From positions 87,854,001 through 87,918,000 of the forward strand of contig OZ287750.1 in the NCBI GenBank assembly GCA_965649765.1: 64,000 nucleotides of DNA, read 5' to 3'. Numbering within the stretch: position 1 is the first letter of the stretch; each line of letters begins with the position of its first letter. A program made the translations under genes and the position numbers. Below the pieces are notes generated by a model. The model had not been told where the DNA came from. It did not search any database and was given only the letters and a program-made list of their open reading frames with translations. This document shows positions 36,054-48,439 of this stretch, piece by piece. The stretch is from Bispira polyomma (lineage: Eukaryota).

Positions 36054-39000
36054 CTGGAATATAACAAAAATAATTTTATGCAAATTCCTGTAAAACTGGT
36101 ATGTATAGAGCATTTTAGTAGAACACTAGGGACCCGTGGTGTATTGTTGTATCCCACCCCTGCAATCAAGGGTTCAAATCGAATATATGTGGGATAGTTG
36201 GTAGTAGACTTGCTGAAACCAGTGGTTGGCAGTGCACCAAATCCTGACCGATTACCCTGCTCTGATTTCTTGCACATGTCTGCTATCATATGATACAACA
36301 TTCGATGAAGGCGACTTAAAGTCCAAACTAAACTAAATCAATAGAAAACACCACAATAGTCTCTCTATACAGGTTTAGAATTAAACATATTTCCCTAAGT
36401 TGTAGTAAGGTTTACTGTAAAATAGGTAGTTACATGTCAGAGTTACCTTATGCTATTATATACAAAAGTATGGTACATAGCTTCAATTGTATCCAAATGA
36501 ATAGGCTAGTAAGATATGTTTTGGATAACAGCAACTTAGTTTAAAAGAGAACAAAACCAATGAACCTGTAATCCAAATAATGGAAGAACTTCTGTTATCT
36601 TCTATTTACACCTTTGTAAAGTAAGTTTAGTCAGGATAATAGAAGGTTCATTAAATAGAATTTATTTATTAATTAATTGTGGCGTTGTACAGGAAAGAAA
36701 CTGAGGGGGTAAGTGAGTTTGAAAAGATAGGTTTTTTCTTAACCCAGAAAGTGTTTCTGGTGATCTAAGCCCAACTGGGAGACTATTTTATAGGGGGAGC
36801 AGTATATTTCAACTCTTGAGGACAACAGCTTTAAAAGTCGTGACAAGGATTTTAAACTAAATTCTATAATGAATGAGAAATCTAATGTAATTGGTACGCA
36901 TAGCCAGACAAAATATGACTGTACACAGATGAGTTTTAAATGAACTGTAAGTTTTTTATCCCGAATAGAACGGAACAAACTCTTACTCTCCCCCTCAAAA
37001 AATAGATGCTCTATTGTAATAGATCTGTCAAATGCATTATCTAACCTCAACTTCATACTCTGTCTCCAGTGCCAATTGGATGATCACATTGGTGGCCTCA
37101 TCCACTACGAACAACTCTATTCGGTTGTTGAGTTTCTTGGATGCACTAAACACCTTCCAGCCAGGGGTTACTTTGGTGCAGATGGACTTGCCGTTGATGT
37201 AGAAGACTTTGTCAGGCTTCTCAGATTTTCTGTCGGCGTATAACTCCAGCTTGCCATAACACATGACCACCTTGAATTTCTTCCACACAGACCACTCTGT
37301 GTCGCGCTTCTCTCTGCAAGGAATGTTCTCAATCTGTAAAAACGAGAAGTGGCAACTAGAAAAAACACATTGCCCTCTACAAGGAGATTTTAATAACTTC
37401 TCTTACTGCCTCTCCACTCCATACCGTCATAGTGTAAACCCACAATAGGGATTGTGGCAACCCAGTCATTGGGAGCGTTTCACTTCAGAATTACTGGCCT
37501 TTACCCAATGCAGGTTTGAATCCTCCTTTTGGGGGAAGTTGGTTAGGTATTGGCCACAGAGTGGTGGTTTACAATGCTTTATACAGAATAGATACAGCTT
37601 ATTTGTAAATAGGAAATGATTGCTTGGGTATGAAAATGGAAGTTTTGCCACTAAAATCCAGTCTCTAAGTATAGTATTAGCAGAGTTATGGCCAAAAATA
37701 GGTTAGACTGGTGGCCATCTTGTATTTTCCTGATTACAAATATTTTCCCTGAAGGTGACAAAGTAGCATTAAGTGGAATGAGATAAGTAGGGTCTATTCA
37801 ATCATTGTCAGTCATAAAACATTGTATGTATTCACGCCTAAAATAGCATCTGCCAGGCTATCAGCACTGGTTACCTCCACCATTAAATCTAACTGCAACT
37901 AGATGACCTATTGTTACCAGTCTTGGAAGTGTAGATTTTACAGGCTATCTGTGGAACCAGTCATTAAGCATAATGACCAAAATTCCCGGTCATTTTGCGT
38001 AATGACCAAAATTTGTTTGTCAATTTTTATACAGATTGCCTGATCAATATTATGAGATTTTAGTAAATCTGTGTAATGGTGTTGGTAATAGTTTTCTGTG
38101 ATAAGATATCGAGGAAGTAAAGTAAATATGGTAAGCCTCTATCTGTAACTTTGGGTGCTTTTTTTCAGCAGATTGACTTAAATTCTATTAAGCATTGTTT
38201 AAATTCATAATTATGTCACATATTATAGGTGTCTCAGGTAGGAATTTATTTAAGTGTGAGGTTCATCTTATGTGGGGTTTCATATTGTGTAAATGACAAG
38301 ATAAAATTTGGAAATATATCATTTTTCCTCTAAATGGGAATCGGTTTACATGTAACTTCTTTGATTTTTAAAATGGTCCATTAAGCCAATTTCTTTGATG
38401 TTTTGTGTTGTTATTTTAAAGCAAAAGAAAACGAAAGTAGTTGAAGAATACTTTGAAGTTAATTTTGTCCACTGGTATTGCTTTAAGTGAAATTCAGCAT
38501 ATACCTTCTTGTGTGATTGACTTATTTGTGTTGCTACCTGGATACGGATTTAGTTAAATAATTCACACAAAGGTCCTCCTAATCAAAGTTAATACACATG
38601 AAGCAACTTTAATGCTGAACAATAAAGGTTCATCTTTGTGCAATTTCTTTGGTGTGAAAGCCTGATTAGGAATTTCAGGTCAATCCTGAGTACCATTATG
38701 AAATAAAACTGTACTGGAAATAAAAAAATGTGAATTCAACAAGTGCAAGTGCTTTAAAAACAAAATTGAATGCTACAGCCATTGTCACAACAGCCTCTCG
38801 TGTAAAAGTAAATGAGGAGTACATCTGGAAAGAAAAGGGACAAAAATGGAATTAACCACAGTTATCTTTAGTCTTAGCTGTAGTCTTATATGTTTTATTT
38901 TACATGTTTTATGCTTTATTTGAGGGCTGTAAAAGAGTACTTAAGTATTCATTATAGAATAGAGTGACGAACTATTCAGAGTACAAAAAAACTCATGCAA

Positions 39001-42000
39001 GTCCTGGCTATTTTTACACTAAAAAGAGTACTCATGTACAAAACTTACTGCTCTGTATGGCTCTACTTTATTTTAGGTCTATGTAAATAATACCAGTGTA
39101 TAATACACAACAGCTTCTATTTCTTAATTTTGTTTCATTTCTTATTACACATAATGATACAATATGTCAAGGAAAAGGTAAACACCTACTACCAAGAAGA
39201 AGAAGTTTTATTAATATTTAAATTTACATAAATATTGCATTTGAAAAATATATGATCATGATATATAATATTATTGTCTGCTCTATGTAGTTTCAGTCAT
39301 TACATGTAATGACTGATGGTTTCAGGCATTACGCGAAATGACTGAAAGTTTTAGTCACTATGCGTAATGACTGGTTTCACAGATTGACTGTAAGATAGAA
39401 ACACTTAGACTTCACCTTTGTGCTACTACACCAGGGTATATAATTGAGCTTTTTTAAGAATTGTTATCAATATACGGCCCAAGGTGCTCAGTGTTCATAA
39501 GCGGGCTCTCTCTGGTTTTTTTCTCTGGTTACAAAAATATTCTCTCTCTAGTTTTGCAACCCTAATGTGATATTCTTTTTTTGTTAACATAAACAAAAAA
39601 ACTTAACTATGTGACCCTATGAATACACTTAACCCAGTTACATTAAAATACTCATGAACTGTTTTCTTTATGCAGTGTTGTGTGCAATACAAGACTTCAA
39701 CTACATTTATATAGAGGTTACATTTTTCCACTTGAATTAATTCACAAGTTTTTAACCAAAAAACATTAACTTGTTTATGACCTGGTTACAAGATGTTCCT
39801 GTCTGTCCAGCCTTTTAAGTTTATGTGCAGGTTTGACAAACAAGCAAATACGTGGTACACAGTTTCACAAGAATTTTTGGGTCCACTTCATGTCAGAATT
39901 TTTGTTGTCCCGAAATTAATGTATTCACTCTGCCAATGTGTTACTGTGCCCACAAAGGAAGAAACAATCCTAGATCTGCCCTTGTATCCATAACTACTCT
40001 ATAATATAATGGGAGTGTTTCTTGATCCCATACTCCAGTCCCTCCATCTGATTTGATATGAACCTAACAAAGCAACCAGTGGAACAAAGCAATTACATTA
40101 CCTCCTTGGTGGAGGGATATTAAAGTAACCAGCACACTAGCTCTTGTATAATCCCTAGTGTATAAACTCTAATGAACACACCCAAATAATTTGAAGCAAT
40201 AGAGAATTTTTTCTAAATTAGAATTTACTTGGATTTTTATGTCGCATTCAATAGTTTATATTATATCATGGCGGCCACATTTAATGATGGAAGAAACCAC
40301 CAGTTTATGGCAAATACCTGACAAACTTTCCCACATGAAGGAACGACCAGGATTCAAACCCAAACTGGTAAGAAACCAGTGATTGTGAAGCCTCCAAGTC
40401 AAAACAATGGAGGGATTATGTTATTAAAATATGTCTTTTAAGTATATCATTTGGCCTTTTCTATTCTAACATATTTTTCTTGATTTCCATTTAGTAACAG
40501 AATATATTATGAAAAGTATCTGTAGGAACTACAATGATTATTCCCAGAATTCCAAGGATTAATTTTTATTTTGCCTACAAAAACAATGCTAACATGAGGA
40601 GGGCAGAGGTAATTAATTATATTGGATGTGCATCTAAAGTTAGGTACTTTACTGTAAGCCAATTTGATACTGACCTTGATTGGTTCTTGGACAATCCAGG
40701 AAAACATGCACTGAATGAACTCTTGATCACCTGACTTCCTAATCAAGTTCAGGAATTCTTTGAAGGTCCACTCATTCTCTGTGTCATAATTGTTGTTCCT
40801 ATAGAAATAAATAAATATACATGTATATATTATATATATTATCTGGGTATCCATACCAATGTTTCTCCGTACCACAAAGAATTACATTGGCTTCCCATTC
40901 ATCATCAAATTTCTTTTAAGATCAATGTCACTACTTTCAAATCTAGTTGTCTAGCTCTCCTACCCTGCTACGCATCTTTCCTTCACTAATCTTAAGAGTG
41001 GAAATTGTCTTTCTGTTTCCTGTGTTAAACCCACCGAGAGGGCTTGATCTTCAGCTTTCTCAATCGCTGACCCTATGTTATAGAATAGTATTCCTGTTAA
41101 ACTTAGATCACTAGAAACACTTTGCGATTTAGTAGAAAACTAAAAACCTATCTCTTCAAACTCCCTTAGTTTCATCCCTATACACCCACACTTCCCTCCT
41201 TACGACCTGGCAATATTTTTGGGACTTCACTATTGGTTAATCGATTTTGTTGTTGCGCTCAATAAGATGCCTTACAAATGCAAAATACAATGTACATATG
41301 TATCACAAAAAGCGTTACACCCTTCTAGTCGCTTACAAATATAAAGGATTCTTCTTTTGGCTCATGCCCCATTCCTCTACCAATATAATGTATAATGGCT
41401 TGGTAGTTTGTTTGTAATCCTGGTGATAAAAAAAAAAAAAAACAATGGGCCAATGACAAAAGCACAACCCCTGTGGTAGAGGTAAACAGTAGCAGTAAGT
41501 GGGACACAAACAGTGGACTTAGGCATTCGGGCATTGAAAGATTCCCGACTTCAAGCACTCACATTTTAGTGTACACCCTTATATTTGAAATCTATATCAG
41601 AGATTTTAAAAGAGAAATGAAATCATCACTAATTTAAAACGTTAATTTAACTGGAAATAAATACTTTCTCCCACAATTTTTAAAAGGTTTGAACATCTAG
41701 CAGTTGTATATTGATGAAAAGCCCAAAATATTTCATTGTTTGTTAACACCAACACAACTTTTTAACTCAAGATACATATTACGAATCACCTCTTTAAAAA
41801 ATGTAACATCATATTCTATAAACATCTTTGAAGAGCAACAATATATTGGATACCCCACAAAAAATCTAGAAGAATTATAGTAGGAAGCAACCAGTTTGTC
41901 ATTATATTATAGTTACTCGGGATTACTGCCAAATTCAGACAGCGCATCTCCATCTGATCCACAGAGTGTGCAATAATAAATATTATACAAGTATGTCTTA

Positions 42001-45000
42001 AATGTCAATGTCACCAAGCATTTTCAGTGATTTCAAAATTTCTGATTTTTGAGTTTACTGCCCTGAGCATAACTAGTCAGTCACAGAAATTAGGTTTAAC
42101 AAAAACCATATTGTTACCAGCAAGCATTTTAATTACTAGGTGGCGTCTCCAGTAGAATTACTGAACTCACCCCTCTTTCTTCACTTTTAAACCCACAGTC
42201 AAAGGGGTAACACGTTGTTAGAAAAATTAGAAGGAAAAGCTCAATGATATACACCGAGCATACGACGCCATATTGGAATTTTAACTTTCAAAATTTTATA
42301 AGTTGTTATTTTAGTTCATGTGAAGAATAGCAGGATTGTTTTTATGTGTAACTTGTTTTAAAATACATTTTAAATCATATGGTGCTATTAATTGTGTACT
42401 GGATGGGGAAACAAAAGAAAAAAGTGATGGTTGAATGCAACTGCTGCAAGATAATGCATGAACGCCCAGTAGGTAATAGGTGTACTCAACCAGTAATACT
42501 ACACAGCGAAGAGGAAGAAAGTAAATTTGGTCATAAACATCAAGAGCAGGGACATCAGACAGATATTGAATCTTCCGTACTAGATAATGATAGCGTTTAT
42601 AACCAATTGTGCAAATGACAGCAGTCCATGATGGACACGCTTTTGAAATCTGTAACAAAGTTACAACAAGATGTGGACGGAATAAAGTCACAGAACCAGA
42701 ATGAGCCCGTTCTTCAGAAGGCCCCCGTTTTCACTATACCAGACATAACTCTACCTGTGTTAGTTCCGACAACATATCCAGTAGTGGCAGAAGCTAGGCC
42801 CATTCCAGCTCCTCGTTCACGGAACGTTAGCACAGTACCAAACGTGACCACCATGCAACCTCACGCGTCATTACCCACGTATCCAGGGCTGGACTCTACC
42901 ACACAACTGCAGATTCCATCCTCGCACACTTGGTTGTCAACTCAGAACGACATTGTACCGATTACTGATGTTTTAAAACACTCAGCCATGATACAGAATG
43001 AAGATTGCAACAGTACGAAACCAGAGCAGCTGAACAATTACTTCAGGGTAAGTCCCTTTTAAAGCGAAAATCCGGTAGACATAATATCTCCGAAACAGGC
43101 ACAGCAGATCCGTTATTCCGTTGGCTGAATGAGGGCTGCCGGAGTAACCAAGAAGCGAGTACCATATGATGATTTAAGTATTGCACAGTTGGCCAGTGGC
43201 CAAATACAGAACATTCTTGATGTAAAAAATGCAGCCATTTCCCATGCTATGTTAAAACAGTTAGGCGATACACTCTGAGACGCAGCCAACATTTCTTGGC
43301 CAGTCGCACGCAGCACCTGTGCAACGAATATGCACGACGTCGAAAAGGGCAGGTTTACATGGCTCGATGATACGAGATAGACGATCAACTGCCTATCTTA
43401 TTCACAGGCTCTACTAGTTTCAGGTGCTACGTACAGCACACCCAGTTTGGGATCACAGCCAGGTTCGGGAATGAAAACACGAGTCCCATGTCAACATTTC
43501 AACCGAGGATAGTGCAACAACCTGGGAGATCACGCAAATCCAACTACCATGTTTTGACACATATGTGCTAACTGTTACAGGACCACTCGACGTGAACATA
43601 CACACCCAGAGAGCAAGTGCTTCAAGCTACACGGGAAAACATCTACATCAGCAGTAGGGAAGGGACAGAACGTACCCCAGTAGAACAGAAGACGACTGAC
43701 GGGCACTAGTATAAGTAATTTTATTAACAGTGTAGAAGTGCAAAATAGTAGATATAAAACCAGTAGGTATAGGCAAGTAACTGAACCAATTATTGTGATA
43801 ATACTAAATTTGTAATTAGGACAGACAATATGAGTAATCAAGAGAGGGGTAATGATACTCATTCAAAATGAAATTTTAGACAAAATGATAAATTTTATGT
43901 GAATCACAATATCAATCATAGAACATTGACTGATAACTGTTTCAACAGCATAAGTAAAACACACAGTTTGTCACAAAGTGCTCGTTTGCAAAGGGACAAT
44001 AGTGATTTTGGCAATATATATAATAAATGTTGGCAAAAATCTTCTGATGTAAATCACATGTGTCAACATAATCATGAGGTTCAGAGTAAAATTGGAAATC
44101 ATAACGTTTCAGAAACTGATTATAATGTACCCAATAGCAGAAATCATAATGGACTAGAAATTGAAATTGATTTGAAAAATAATCAAAATGTCCTCACTAG
44201 TATTGAGAATCATAATGTTTTTGAAACTTGTAATATTTCCAGTGAGAACCAGGAATTGAACAAGCATGTTGTGACTCAAATGACTTATTTTAAATTTATC
44301 ATACCCAAACGGAAATTCGGTTGACGACCATACGGATAGAGATACATATGATCATTTGGATTTCATTTCAAAATTGCCCATCATTGATCAAATTGTAAAA
44401 GAAATTAAGTCGATTGGTAAAACAGTAAGATTAGCAAAGGTGGACGTAGCGAACGTGTTTCGAAATTTAACAGTAGACCCCCATGATGTTATGAAGCTAG
44501 GATATAATTGGAAAAACAGTCATTATATTGACTTAACTTTAGCGTTTGGACTCAAACACGGGAATTCTATCTTTATGCCTGTATCTGATACAGTAGTATA
44601 TATCTTTAAAAAAGGGTTTTAAGGTATTTAACTACATCGACGACTTTTTAATATGCAAAAGCAAGGATAAAGCCACTGCAGCTTATGAACTACTGCAGGA
44701 CGTACTGCAAGACTTAGGTTTACCCATAAACAAAAAGAAGTTAGTACCTCTCAGGACTCGAGTCACTTGCATGGGGATAACCATCGATATAAATGAAAGT
44801 ACATGAAAGTATTGACGAGGAAAATTTAAAATCTACTGAGCATCCATTAGGTATGGCACAAAAAGATACAATATAGTAGAAACTGATCTATATGATCCTA
44901 GAATAGCCATGTATCAAAAATCCATCACTATCAATTCAACTTTCAGGCCAAAACCAATAGGTATTTTTGATATTTTACAAATTTAAAACATTTCAAGACA

Positions 45001-47066
45001 ATGCCAACTTCAATCTTTTCCAGAATTGTACAGAACAGCTTTCCTTTTTGCATTTTATGTTTTTTTTTTGAGAATTTCCAACTTAACTTCAGCAAACTTT
45101 TGACCCAACACGACACCTGACAAGGTCAGATGTCTTATTTGCACATCCTGGCACACATTTTATTATAAAATGGTCAAAGACAAATCAAAACAGACAAGAA
45201 CACAACATTATTCAGTTACCAACCAACAAAATCTATTGGTTATGTCCAGTCAGGGCAGCGAAGGCATTATTTGAACAATATCCAACTTTGCCTCATGCCC
45301 GCTTACTAGCTGATCCTCATCAGAAAGGAATATCTTTGACAGAAACTACCTTGAGGCTTACTTTGAAAAAATACTGATTCAAAATGGAATTCCCCTAGCC
45401 TCTAACAGTAATATTAAGCTACAAAACATCCAAAAATATAGATGCTGGAAGTCAGATGCTGTTTGGTCATATTTAGAGTCTACTTCTCATGCAGCCTCAA
45501 TTATTCCAGAAACTTTCACTGCAATCATTCCCTCTTCCTTTTAAATTTGGGTTTGGTATTTTAAAATTTTTAAAATATGTGATATTTTTAAAATTTTGTA
45601 CAGGTGTACAAATTTAAATTAAATAAAATTTTTCCAAACAGCATCTATCTTTCCTATAACACATTAAACTTTAAACATCACCTTCTTGGGGTCAAATATA
45701 AACCCAGGTCCAGTGTGTTTTAAAGGCAATGTGTTATTCACTGTGCATTTTGGCAACATACCCACACACCCATACAATAACACATAGACACACACAATCC
45801 TAACTCGAGAATCACTGACCTACTCACTGATGTAACTTTCAGCATTGTTCCATCCAGTAACCACCTGATACATACACACCCACACAAGCCTTACATTAGA
45901 ATCACTCACCTGCTCACTGATGTATCTTTCTGCATTGTCCCATCCAGTAACCACTTGACGTTCTCTCCAGACATCACTGGTGGATATGATCCAGCATGAG
46001 CTAGTCTTATAAAGAGGCTCCAGATCTGATCAAACTGCTGGCCAGAACTCAAACCTTTGTAACCGGCTCCAGAGAGAGCCAAATTCAGACAGCGCCTCTC
46101 CATCTGATCCTCAAACTGGGTCTGGTACACTGCTGGGTGTTTGAGGTACAGAAGAGCATATTTCTTGAAGTCTGTGAACTGAACCTGTGATGATTTAGAA
46201 AGTAAAGCATTGAAGGCCTAGTTGAAACAAGAGTTGTCTTTTTAAAAAGACATACTAAATGAACAGTATGAAATACACTAACATTGATATGGCCACTAGA
46301 TACTCAGGCAGGCTGCGTCCGATAACAATAAATCTGACACCACCCACTCAGTTTGGACATGTTGATTGCTTCCAACCAATGCATGAAGGTCTGACATATT
46401 TTCTAATATGACGGTGCCCTTTTTAAAATGATTAAAAACGTATTACATATACAGTAGAACCTATTTTCCGACTATATTGGTAGAGTGAGAATTTGTTTGG
46501 ATAATAGAAGGTCTGTTAAATAGAAGTGGCATTTTAGTATAAAGCAATAGCAAAAAATAAGTTTGGGAGAATGAAATTAAGTCCGTAAAATCGGATAGTC
46601 GGATAATAGAGGGTCGGATAATAGAGGTTCCATTATATTAACAAACTGTATGCTTTACATAGACCTACCTGTTGCAATGCCTGGGAAAATAAATGAAAAC
46701 CACCTGTTGCCATGCCTTGGGCTTAATTATTGTTTATTTATGTCTATTAATATTATAGATAACAATATAGAACTATTGACAAACGTTTAAGATATATATA
46801 TAAGGTCTAAAAGCTTGCTTGTTGGTATCACACTATACCACTGCATCTTGTCACCAACAAAACTACAAATAAGCAAAAATTGTTTCAGAGATAATTACCC
46901 TGGCATTCGGAAAGGCATCATCGAATTGTTCTTGCGAATACGTCACGAGTCCTTCAGTATGGCATTGCTGTAGGATTTTCTTTAGTGTATCTTTATGGAG
47001 GTTTGCTCCTCTCCCCTTGATACTCCAGCCGGCCTCCCACACACACATTAACACTTCCCCAGCCAT
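34617..47066 (-). CDS. SWAP70/DEF6-like N-terminus + PH + 4xEF-hand + ureidoglycolate-lyase-like cupin fusion protein, whole spliced gene, ~763 aa
   Basis: Exons on -: 47066-46899, 46184-45910, 40798-40675, 37333-37046, 36053-34617 (2292 nt, intron phases 0,2,0,0, no internal stops). The PH domain's C-terminal helix (ETEYEVE|EWQKDF) spans the last intron, which ties the last exon to the upstream ones. Confidence 0.85.
37046..37333 (-). CDS. Fusion gene coding exon 4 (PH domain)
   Basis: IENIPCREKRDTEWSVWKKFKVVMCYGKLELYADRKSEKPDKVFYING...IIQLALETEYEVE; PH strand pattern (WKK..V, L.LY.D, I.L.L). Confidence 0.87.
37941..39390. mobile_element. Non-autonomous TA-target (Tc1/mariner-like) DNA transposon, 1.45 kb
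   Basis: TA|caggctatctgtggaaccagtcattaagcataatgac ... gtcactatgcgtaatgactggtttcacagattgactg|TA, with palindromic subterminal repeats and no transposase ORF. Confidence 0.75.
40675..40798 (-). CDS. Fusion gene coding exon 3
   Basis: Phase 2-0; NNNYDTENEWTFKEFLNLIRKSGDQEFIQCMFSWIVQEPIK. Confidence 0.85.
42380..45540 (+). mobile_element. Degenerate DIRS/Ngaro-type tyrosine-recombinase retrotransposon (gag, RT, YR remnants)
   Basis: Gag-like CNCCKIMHERPVGNRC, VPYDDLSIAQL and PCQHFNRG.C...HICANC. RT motifs LAKVDVANVFRNL, LAFGLK and NYIDDFL (YIDD at 44633-44644). YR motifs FLFAFY..LRISNL, IKWSKTNQ, LCPV and WKSDAVWSYL. Many stops, frameshifts and deletions; element ends not defined. Confidence 0.85.
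45910..46184 (-). CDS. Fusion gene coding exon 2
   Basis: VQFTDFKKY...QMERRCLNL...FDQIWSLFIRLAHAGSYPPVMSGENVKWLL, resembling SWAP70 [28 protein letters not shown] (recalled); donor gtgagt. Confidence 0.87.
46452..46633. mobile_element. Tc1/mariner(pogo)-like MITE
   Basis: TA|cagtagaacctattttccgacta ... gtcggataatagaggttccatta|TA imperfect TIRs. Confidence 0.6.
46899..47066 (-). CDS. Fusion gene coding exon 1 (SWAP70-like N-terminus)
   Basis: Acceptor ttgcag at 47095-47100, ATG at 47066; MAGEVLMCVWEAGWSIKGRGANLHKDTLKKIL..., resembling SWAP70 ELLKAIWHAF...VSKSQLKVL (recalled); donor gtaatt. Confidence 0.8.
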
Positions 47067-48103
47067 TGTCACCAGTTAGTTGTAGATTGCACTACTGCAA
47101 AACAAACAAAAATAAACAATAATAAAGAAGCACACAAAATCATCATCATTATCATTGAAGTATTTATATTGTGCTTTGTTGGTATTTTATCCTCTAAGGT
47201 GATCATTCTCCTGAAAGGGATATAGTCCTATGACAAAGCCAAGGCCTGTATTTACTAACGAACTTAGCTAAGTCTTTGGCTTAAGTCTAGCACAAAAGTA
47301 TGCTGATTCAAGCCTAAGACTTGGCTAAGTCCCTTCGTGAATACAGGTCATGGGTCATCATCATACCTTAGGCAATGTCTTAGAAATGTCTATTAAGCTA
47401 AATCCCTATTATGTACATGTTTAAAAATTGTTATATCTGATAAGAATGTACACACATTAAAATGTTGGGTTTTTTAAAAAATATTTTAAAGGGACTAATA
47501 AACGCCTTGTGGGATAGGTGATACGACAATTATATATAGATACTTGTTTATTATAATGACAAATTGTTATTATGTAGAAAACATGTCACTATAATAACCA
47601 AATAAATTAAAAAATATCAATGTATCTATGTGTCACTAAAACAAATAAAGATAAATGAATGATTATATACTACTTCCAGATATGAGACTTAATATTCTCT
47701 GCCAAATGTTCTGTTTGGATTCTTCTGTATTCAATCTGCTGTAACATTCACATATATTTATTCTACTTATATGTAGAGAGAGATTATATTTAAACTTAGT
47801 TAACACAGTCAGGAACATATTGATTCTATTTAGATACAATATGATTTATTAGTATTGACAAATGTAAAACAATGGATTGTTTTTGTTTGCTTTATTGTTA
47901 AAAGGCCTAGAAAAAAGGGAGATCTTGTTAAACTTACTTAATATTTCATTTGTTTGGTTATAGTGACATGTATTACACTATTACAATAAGTTTTAAAAAT
48001 ATATCAGAAAAATAACTATATTGGGCTTATATGTCTCATATATAGTGGTGTGTAATTAGCCCCAAAAAAGGAGATTTAAATAGGCAAAAAAGAAAATACA
48101 TAC

Positions 48104-48177
48104 CTGTGTGGACAAATACACACATGTAAACACTAAACTAAGATACTTCACACAATCAGAGGGCACAACATTTTATA
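48104..48177 (-). promoter_or_regulatory. Putative TATA box and short non-coding first exon of the fusion gene
   Basis: TATAAAA on - at 48177-48171; donor cag|gtatgt at 48103; a downstream acceptor at 47095 precedes the ATG. Confidence 0.4.
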
Positions 48178-48332
48178 TTAAAACAATAGGTATATTCATT
48201 TAATAAATGCAAAACAATAGATATGTTGTTTGTGTTTACTGTCAGGTTTGAACAATGCAAATACATCTTAATTAGATATCTTTTCAGTTTCCCCCCCCCC
48301 CCCCCCCCCACCCCCCTCCACACACAATTCAG

Positions 48333-48439
48333 GGGCCGTATTCACGAAAGGACTTAGCCAGGTCTCAGGCTTAATTCAGTATACTTTTGTGCTAGATTTA
48401 AGCCTAAGACCTGGCTAAGTCCTTTCGTGAATACGGGCC
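48333..48439. mobile_element. 107-bp Harbinger-like hairpin MITE
   Basis: Long TIR gggccgtattcacgaaaggacttagccaggtct / agacctggctaagtcctttcgtgaatacgggcc with CAG TSD on both sides; older copies at ~47243-47350 and ~14306-14412. Confidence 0.85.

Noticed and set aside
36054-36113. Start at 36113 giving a standalone single-exon 498-aa gene (likewise M at 63564)
   Set aside because: A good acceptor precedes EWQKDF in both copies, the upstream frame is not conserved between them, and EWQKDF completes the PH domain from exon 37333-37046.
34617-47066. Assigning the symbol SWAP70 or DEF6 (or allA)
   Set aside because: Similarity is distant, recognised by eye and limited to part of the protein; the architecture differs, so orthology is unsupported.
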